Part shown: piece after piece, positions 58,747 to 64,000 of the stretch
How positions within the stretch are numbered: the first letter of the stretch is position 1
How the letters are laid out: every line of letters begins with the position of its first letter
IMG/VR virus record: IMGVR_UViG_3300015207_000448
Direction: 5' to 3' (one strand)
Source: a virus
Lineage: Duplodnaviria; Heunggongvirae; Uroviricota; Caudoviricetes
DNA length: 64,000 bases
The notes under the pieces: model-generated
What the model was told of the DNA's origin: nothing
Seen by the model: only the letters and a program-made list of their open reading frames with translations
Database searches by the model: none
Translations under genes and position numbers: made by a program

Positions 58747-60689
58747 TGAAACAATCGACTCAACAGTATGCTGGATATGGGTTGCATTATCATGCGAACA
58801 ATCAACTCATACCAAACACAGCCGACCGGATTCTCTTCCAGTGTCTCATCGATCTGGTGAGGAAACAACTCACTGAATCTCTCGACAACCAAACGATACT
58901 TATATCACAGCGCCGGTTGGGGCAACTGGCGGGTCTAAATGTGTGCAGAACAATCCCCATCTCCCTAAACCGACTGGAAGAGATGGGGCTTATCAAGAAG
59001 TTCAAAAATGGGATTCAGGTTTTCTGCGATGAATATGTTGCACTTGTGCAGCACTACGAATCACTTGACCGTATGGAGAAGGAGACCTTCACCAAAGAAT
59101 TTGCAGACACTGGGATTGCAGTATTGCAGAAGTGCAATATTGAGATCAAACCCATGTGTCGAGCCGAACTTTTGGGGATGTCCGGCAGTTCTATCGCTAA
59201 ATGTTGCACTTCTGCAATACTTTCAGAAAGCGAAGTTCAAAATGTTGCAGAAGTGCAACATTTTCTCCCTGATGGGTCAGTTATGCTTTCCGCTGAAAAT
59301 GTTGCACTTCTGCAACATTCCGTAGATGCGTTAGCCGAAGTGTTGCAGAAGTGCAATACTCTCGACTCCGAAAATCCTGTTATGACAGCGTTGAATGTTG
59401 CAGAAGTGCAACATTGCGAAAAAGAAGTTCTCAAAGAAGCGATTTTAACCGGAAAATTCCCCGAATCCATCAAAAACGACCCTCAAAAGTGTTGCACTTC
59501 TGCAATATTGAGTGTTGCACTTCTGCAACTTTTACCCCCGAAAAGTGTTGCACTTCTGCAATACAGTAATAATATATATAATAATAAAAATAATAAAGGG
59601 AGTGAACCCCTAAAAAACGAGACGGAAGGGAACGAAAACTTCCAGGAAGAACAAAAAAATATTTTTGAAGGTTTTGGAGTGGTTGACGTGGTTGACTTTG
59701 ACAAACTCTCAGAAAAGGAGAAAGAGGAGTTGAGTAAAGAACTGATCGTTGATGAACATTCCCAGCAAGTCATTAAAAGAGCAGACCGGCAATTAAGGGC
59801 CCGGAACTCTTATCGCAATAAACCTTTCATAAAGGTTGAAAGGGTTAAAGAGATTGTGGACTGTCTTGATGAGGTTGTGCAATCCCCAGTAGATTTCTTC
59901 CTGTATCATTTTTGGTGGGGTGTCTTCGACCTTTACTGCGACCACTACCATCCCAGTGAGAAAATCAACGAAGAGGGCGATGCAGATGATGAACCTCAGA
60001 ACTTCGATTGGAAAGAGATGATCGGAGCTCCATTACCTCAAGATGAAATATACCAGCTTGCCAAGAACGTGTATGAAGACTTATGCGGATCCGTAGAGCA
60101 AGGTGAATATGTTTATGGGGACCACAACGAATGGAAGGTAACGTTCAGCTTTGCTTCCTTCGATGATTTCGTCCCTTATGAGATATTCCAGTGGACACCA
60201 TGTACGATGAGAGACAAGTCAGTTCCGGCATTGAGAATATCCATCGACAAGTTCTACGACATATATGCTCCGGATGTGACTGTTCCCAGCAAAGGAGACA
60301 AAAAGCAGAAGAACGCTCAGAATAAAAAATTCATCCAAGAACTTCTTGAGACGAGCATCACTCAGTTGACTCCAGCAGAAAAAGCCATACATGACTTCTA
60401 TGCCACTTTTGTAATCAAAGGTGAGGAAATGGTCATTGATGAGTTTACAGACGCTCAGGGGCGACTCCTTGAGCTTGGAGGAGGACTTCCGGACCATATA
60501 CTCAAACCGTGGTGCTATGGATTGGACTCAATCGGTTACAAAGACTTTACCGGTTTTCTCAATACGAAATACAAACCCATTGACGGAATCCACCGTAAAG
60601 CATACATCTTCTCAGCAGAAGCGGTGGTTGAATGGAATGAGCGTCACGGGTTCACAAATACAGTAGCACATTCTGCCATACAATCATAA
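58743..60689 (+). CDS. Probable replication initiator (N-terminal winged HTH) containing its own origin
   Basis: ISQRRLGQLAGL...ISLNRLEEMGLIKK wHTH; internal iteron array and AT tract. Confidence 0.65.
   Translation: MMKQSTQQYAGYGLHYHANNQLIPNTADRILFQCLIDLVRKQLTESLDNQTILISQRRLGQLAGLNVCRTIPISLNRLEEMGLIKKFKNGIQVFCDEYVALVQHYESLDRMEKETFTKEFADTGIAVLQKCNIEIKPMCRAELLGMSGSSIAKCCTSAILSESEVQNVAEVQHFLPDGSVMLSAENVALLQHSVDALAEVLQKCNTLDSENPVMTALNVAEVQHCEKEVLKEAILTGKFPESIKNDPQKCCTSAILSVALLQLLPPKSVALLQYSNNIYNNKNNKGSEPLKNETEGNENFQEEQKNIFEGFGVVDVVDFDKLSEKEKEELSKELIVDEHSQQVIKRADRQLRARNSYRNKPFIKVERVKEIVDCLDEVVQSPVDFFLYHFWWGVFDLYCDHYHPSEKINEEGDADDEPQNFDWKEMIGAPLPQDEIYQLAKNVYEDLCGSVEQGEYVYGDHNEWKVTFSFASFDDFVPYEIFQWTPCTMRDKSVPALRISIDKFYDIYAPDVTVPSKGDKKQKNAQNKKFIQELLETSITQLTPAEKAIHDFYATFVIKGEEMVIDEFTDAQGRLLELGGGLPDHILKPWCYGLDSIGYKDFTGFLNTKYKPIDGIHRKAYIFSAEAVVEWNERHGFTNTVAHSAIQS
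59036..59563. repeat. Ten 18-bp palindromic iteron-like repeats TGTTGCA-(CTTC/GAAG)-TGCAAYA
   Basis: Copies start at 59036, 59122, 59202, 59243, 59300, 59341, 59396, 59490, 59513 and 59546, in both orientations. Confidence 0.9.
59567..59597. other. 31-bp A/T-only tract (candidate DNA-unwinding element)
   Basis: taataatatatataataataaaaataataaa, 3 nt after the last repeat. Confidence 0.65.
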
Positions 60690-60705
60690 ATTACGAAGCA
60701 AGAGA

Positions 60706-60742
60706 AACGGCTCACTCGACCGGGATGGTTAAGTGAGCCGTT
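60706..60742. terminator. Bidirectional terminator between convergent genes
   Basis: 11-bp arms aacggctcact / agtgagccgtt. Confidence 0.65.
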
Positions 60743-60748
60743 GTTTTG

Positions 60749-61723
60749 TCAGTCTTCGATTTCAGGCCATTTGTCAGAGGCGAGATAATCTCGAATCAGG
60801 TCGTTTATCTTTCCGAGCATTTGGGTCGCTGCCATGTGGGTTGTGAAGTAATTGCCAGCGAGGTATCGGATGTGAGATGTTGGGGTGCCTTTCTCTGTTT
60901 CTGTCACAACCTTCATTTTGTCAGAAATGTAGTAGTATTTGCTTCCGACCTCTTGCTCTACTTTGGCAGGTTCAATGCGGAGCAACTTATCTTTCCAGAC
61001 TTTTCCTACTCGCTCAAGCTCTCTTCCCAGGCGACGGAAACAGCTTGTAGAGTTTCCCAGAGTAGTCGGTATATTTTCCTTGTCGATGTTTTCAAAGATA
61101 ATCGAGCGCAGATTATAGACCGGGTCTTCATTGAGAGAAAATCCGAGATGTTTCTCTTGAGAGTATGTCGGGTAGGTGAAATAACAAAAGAAGATTACAT
61201 TGCCCTCAGGGGTAATTTCTCGAACCACTCCGACTCCCTGAATGTCTTGAGCGTAGTCATAGAATACTACACGGTCTGCGATCTTGGGAATATATTTGGG
61301 GATGAGTTGGAATGTGTTTGGGTCCGGTTGCAGCTCGTTTTCAAACAGAGCGTCCTGAAAAGATTTGATTTCTTCTTCAGAGGCAGACTGGATGAGTGAT
61401 GCCTCAACGGTGAAAGGACTGGTAGAAAGTTCTCCGGATTCTGAGAGTGAAGCGATGATTTCGCACTTGTCAAGAGTGCAGCCACCCAGTAAAACGATAG
61501 AATTTTCGTATCGACCGATTTTAAGCGCCTCTGGGCCGTTTTCAAACCACAAGATGAAAGATTGCACATCTATGGGGCTTGCATCGGAATTTGGGGCAAA
61601 TCTGGGCGTTTTAGGGGTAATCTGGAACCGTTGTACCAAAAACGAATTGATGAACTCGGCATCAAGGTCGGTTTTTGGGGTGTAGTTGGAGAGAAGTGAA
61701 AGGGTCTGAAACTGTGATTTCAT
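60749..61723 (-). CDS. Hypothetical phage protein (324 aa)
   Basis: Own TATCTTTG promoter; C-terminal YYYI...RYLAGNYF motif. Confidence 0.65.
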   Translation of the reverse strand: MKSQFQTLSLLSNYTPKTDLDAEFINSFLVQRFQITPKTPRFAPNSDASPIDVQSFILWFENGPEALKIGRYENSIVLLGGCTLDKCEIIASLSESGELSTSPFTVEASLIQSASEEEIKSFQDALFENELQPDPNTFQLIPKYIPKIADRVVFYDYAQDIQGVGVVREITPEGNVIFFCYFTYPTYSQEKHLGFSLNEDPVYNLRSIIFENIDKENIPTTLGNSTSCFRRLGRELERVGKVWKDKLLRIEPAKVEQEVGSKYYYISDKMKVVTETEKGTPTSHIRYLAGNYFTTHMAATQMLGKINDLIRDYLASDKWPEIED

Positions 61724-61756
61724 TGCCGTCGGATTATGAATTTATCAATTTTAGCG

Positions 61757-61764
61757 CAAAGATA
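61757..61764 (-). promoter_or_regulatory. Bacteroidota -7 element TATCTTTG
   Basis: 33 nt before ATG 61723. Confidence 0.6.
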
Positions 61765-62176
61765 AGGATAATTTTTGAAACTGGGCAGAAATGAGTCGGG
61801 CTTAACGGAAATTAGGGGTGAATTTTCAGAAAAACAAATTTCAAAATTTAGGGCTGGGGAAAATTTGAGAAATCGTATTTAGCGACTTTATATGTAGAGA
61901 CGCAGAATTTTGGGCAACGGAGAAATCTGTGTGGGTATATATAATAAGGTGTACTGGAAGGTTTTCAACTTAACACGAAACGATGGAGTGGAACATTGCC
62001 GAGACACCCAGGAATAATGTTAAGAGAGAATTTCCAGCTTTTGATTGATGCTGGGAGGTTCAGGTTTGTGCGCTCTTTTTGAAAATACGTTCAAAAAACG
62101 GATTTCAAAATTGGGGTCGGAGTATATGTATGGAACCCCTTCACGCGCATACACCCACCCGCGTATTTTTTAACCG

Positions 62177-62520
62177 CGTGGGCGTGCGGGATTGTCTATT
62201 GCGTGCGCATATATGCGTGAGTGTCAACGGCTTACAACTTGACAGCCAACAAGTTAGCTACTTTCACTTTTGTACAAAGTGCAAGTCCTCGTGGGCGTGC
62301 GTGTGGGATTGTCTATCGCGCACGCTCAGATGTGGGCGACCACGTTGAGTTGGCTAAAAGGCTCATTTTCAACGGCTTGATTTTGCGTATGTATGCACTC
62401 CCATCCGTGCGCCCAAGTGCGTGATTGTCAACCACCTGCGTGGGCGGGGTTGTAACATCGCGCCCATCTGCACACGGTTTTAGCATCATGCGGATGGGCG
62501 GGGTTGGTCTATCACGCGCA
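62177..62520 (+). repeat. Four degenerate GC-rich direct repeats (YGTGGGCG...GGRTTG(G)TCTATCRCGC)
   Basis: Copies near 62177, 62290, 62439 and 62494 in non-coding DNA. Confidence 0.55.
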
Positions 62521-62693
62521 AAACTCGGCTCGGCAAATGTTAAAATCCAGTCCGAGCAAATTTTAACATTTACTTTGTAAATGTTTGAGTGTTAACAAAC
62601 GTTAAACTGCCTCGCGTCCACGGTAGTCAACACGTAGTGTTGACCGCGACCCCTTTACCTCCTACGGAGGTAACTCGTTGATTTGCCGTGTTG

Positions 62694-62701
62694 TAACTTT
62701 G
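62694..62701 (+). promoter_or_regulatory. Bacteroidota -7 element TAACTTTG
   Basis: 56 nt before ATG 62758; preceded by two triloop hairpins. Confidence 0.7.
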
Positions 62702-62757
62702 CACCGTCAACCGACAAACGGCTGACCTCGATTTTCAAACTTTCAAATTTTACGACA

Positions 62758-63240
62758 ATGGCACAGACCAACAACACCACCGCACCCCGTAACAACGAAG
62801 TTGTTAACCCTCAGAACGCAACCGCTGACAAGCAGCCTACTACACTTCGTGTAGTAGAGACCCGCGATATGTGGGCTGTGGTCTTCGACCACACTGCGAC
62901 CCTCCTCGCTCGTGCCGCCAATGGCGAAGCCATTGAGCAGACCGACCAAGAGGGCTTTGCCTTCGGCAAACGTGCCGACGAAGAGGGCAAGACTACCCGT
63001 ATTGCTGCGAAGCAGCAACCCAACATCCGACCCTACCTGTGGTCGCTCCTCGCTGGCTTTGCCAGCCGCAAGGGTTACAAACACGCCAAGGGCACAGCCC
63101 TTGCAGACCGTGACCTCGGCTCACTTGCAGAGCAAGTGTTTAGCTCGCTTTTCCCCAAGGGCGATTTTGCCAACAAAGTTGGCAAGGCTGAACCCAAACA
63201 AGCCAAGTCGCTCATCGGTGCCGTTATAGCGAAGCTATAA
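62758..63240 (+). CDS. Hypothetical protein (160 aa, MAQTNNTT...)
   Basis: Own promoter and terminator; strong C-ending codon bias. Confidence 0.75.
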   Translation: MAQTNNTTAPRNNEVVNPQNATADKQPTTLRVVETRDMWAVVFDHTATLLARAANGEAIEQTDQEGFAFGKRADEEGKTTRIAAKQQPNIRPYLWSLLAGFASRKGYKHAKGTALADRDLGSLAEQVFSSLFPKGDFANKVGKAEPKQAKSLIGAVIAKL

Positions 63241-63260
63241 ACCCACCTCATCGCCACTGC

Positions 63261-63302
63261 ACCGCCCCGGCTCCCCAACGGAGTTGGGGCGGTTCGCTTT
63301 TC
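63261..63302 (+). terminator. Terminator after 62758..63240
   Basis: ccccaac-gga-gttgggg (alternative outer stem accgcccc/ggggcggt) followed by cgctttttt-like T run. Confidence 0.6.
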
Positions 63303-63309
63303 CCCTTGC

Positions 63310-64000
63310 GCGTGGGCGCCCATTCGTGTCCACGCTCGCATAATGCACGCCCACAGTTCGCAATGCGCCTCCACACATACCCACATCGCGCCCATCCACC
63401 CACACAACACGTGGCCACTTGAGTGCATGGCCATACGCGACGCAACGTGTATGCGCCTCCACCCAATCACGTGGACTCCCATCAACTTGTCATGGTCGTC
63501 CAGCTAAATGCGTGACTCTCCACATTTTTTCCGTGGCCAGCCACGTTCGTTTCGTGGGAGCCCACCAACAATATGCTGGAGGCCCACATAAATGCGTGAC
63601 AGTCCACACACATTCCCCGGACGCCCACACATAAACGTGGGACTCCGCTCGCATAATCTGGATGCCCACATAACAATATGCGCCTCCACGATTTGCGTAT
63701 GGCTACCCACAACATCTTGTGGACGCTCACATTATTGCGTGATGGTCGCCCAAAGTTCCGTGTGGGCATCCATACAATCACGTGACAGCCCATAACATCT
63801 CGTGGGTATCCACAACAATTTGTGGGTGTCCAAGACGATGCTTCTTGGGCGTCCATAATTCCTCGTGGTCGCCCAAACATTAACGTGAGAGTCCAGCCAC
63901 AAAACGTGGGGCTCCACCGGCAATGATGTGGTGGCCCATAAATGCGTGATGGACTCCCAATTTTTGGGCGTCCAAGGCAACCCGATATTGGGTGCCCACG
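63310..64000 (+). repeat. Degenerate ~21-bp-period tandem array, core (C)GTGGNNNNCCA(C/T)A; truncated by the window end
   Basis: For example cgtgggtatccacaacaat, tgtgggtgtccaagacgat, ttgggcgtccataatt, cgtggtcgcccaaacatt; CCA cores recur about every 20-24 nt over 63780-64000. Confidence 0.7.

Larger units (their letters stand above)
1..64000. mobile_element. Large Bacteroidota-infecting myovirus-type phage or prophage segment carrying a DGR
   Basis: Portal, Clp protease, capsid, sheath, tube, tape measure and baseplate genes plus a phage replisome; no host housekeeping operon; TAnnTTTG promoters. Confidence 0.93.

Noticed and set aside
59036-59563. Possible CRISPR array
   Set aside because: 18-bp units in both orientations, irregular gaps of 5-76 nt, inside an open frame, no cas genes
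60746-61399. 217-aa plus-strand ORF
   Set aside because: Antisense to 60749..61723, which has a promoter and an identifiable start
63235-63980. Short ORFs across the terminal array
   Set aside because: Mutually overlapping, low-information translations of the repeat, with no consistent frame
1-64000. Stop-codon reassignment as in some gut phages
   Set aside because: Genes are full length and tightly coupled under the standard code

Overview
The whole window is part of a large tailed phage (contractile tail) that very probably infects a Bacteroidota host, judged from six TAnnTTTG promoters. Minus strand 1-13.3 kb: replication and nucleotide metabolism (5' part of a DnaE-type polymerase missed by the ORF track, primase, DnaB helicase, ECF-like sigma factor, RuvC, SbcCD, SSB, class II RNR NrdJ, ThyX). 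Minus strand 14-52.9 kb: virion module (fibres, baseplate, tape measure, frameshifted tail chaperone, tube, sheath, capsid, Clp protease/scaffold, Mu-F-like protein, DUF935-like portal). It contains a complete diversity-generating retroelement: a 2185-aa target with a C-terminal VR, a hairpin, avd, TR and RT. TR and VR differ only at TR adenines plus one extra codon. Plus strand 53.1-60.7 kb: dUTPase, NAD-dependent ligase, a small tyrosine recombinase and a wHTH protein whose gene holds ten palindromic iteron-like repeats and an A/T-only tract (lambda-O-like origin). The right end has a repeat-rich non-coding region and a ~21-bp-period array cut by the window edge. A CTATTCT motif precedes five structural operons (candidate late promoter). 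No terminase or lysis genes were recognised. All family calls come from motifs read by eye; no searches were run.
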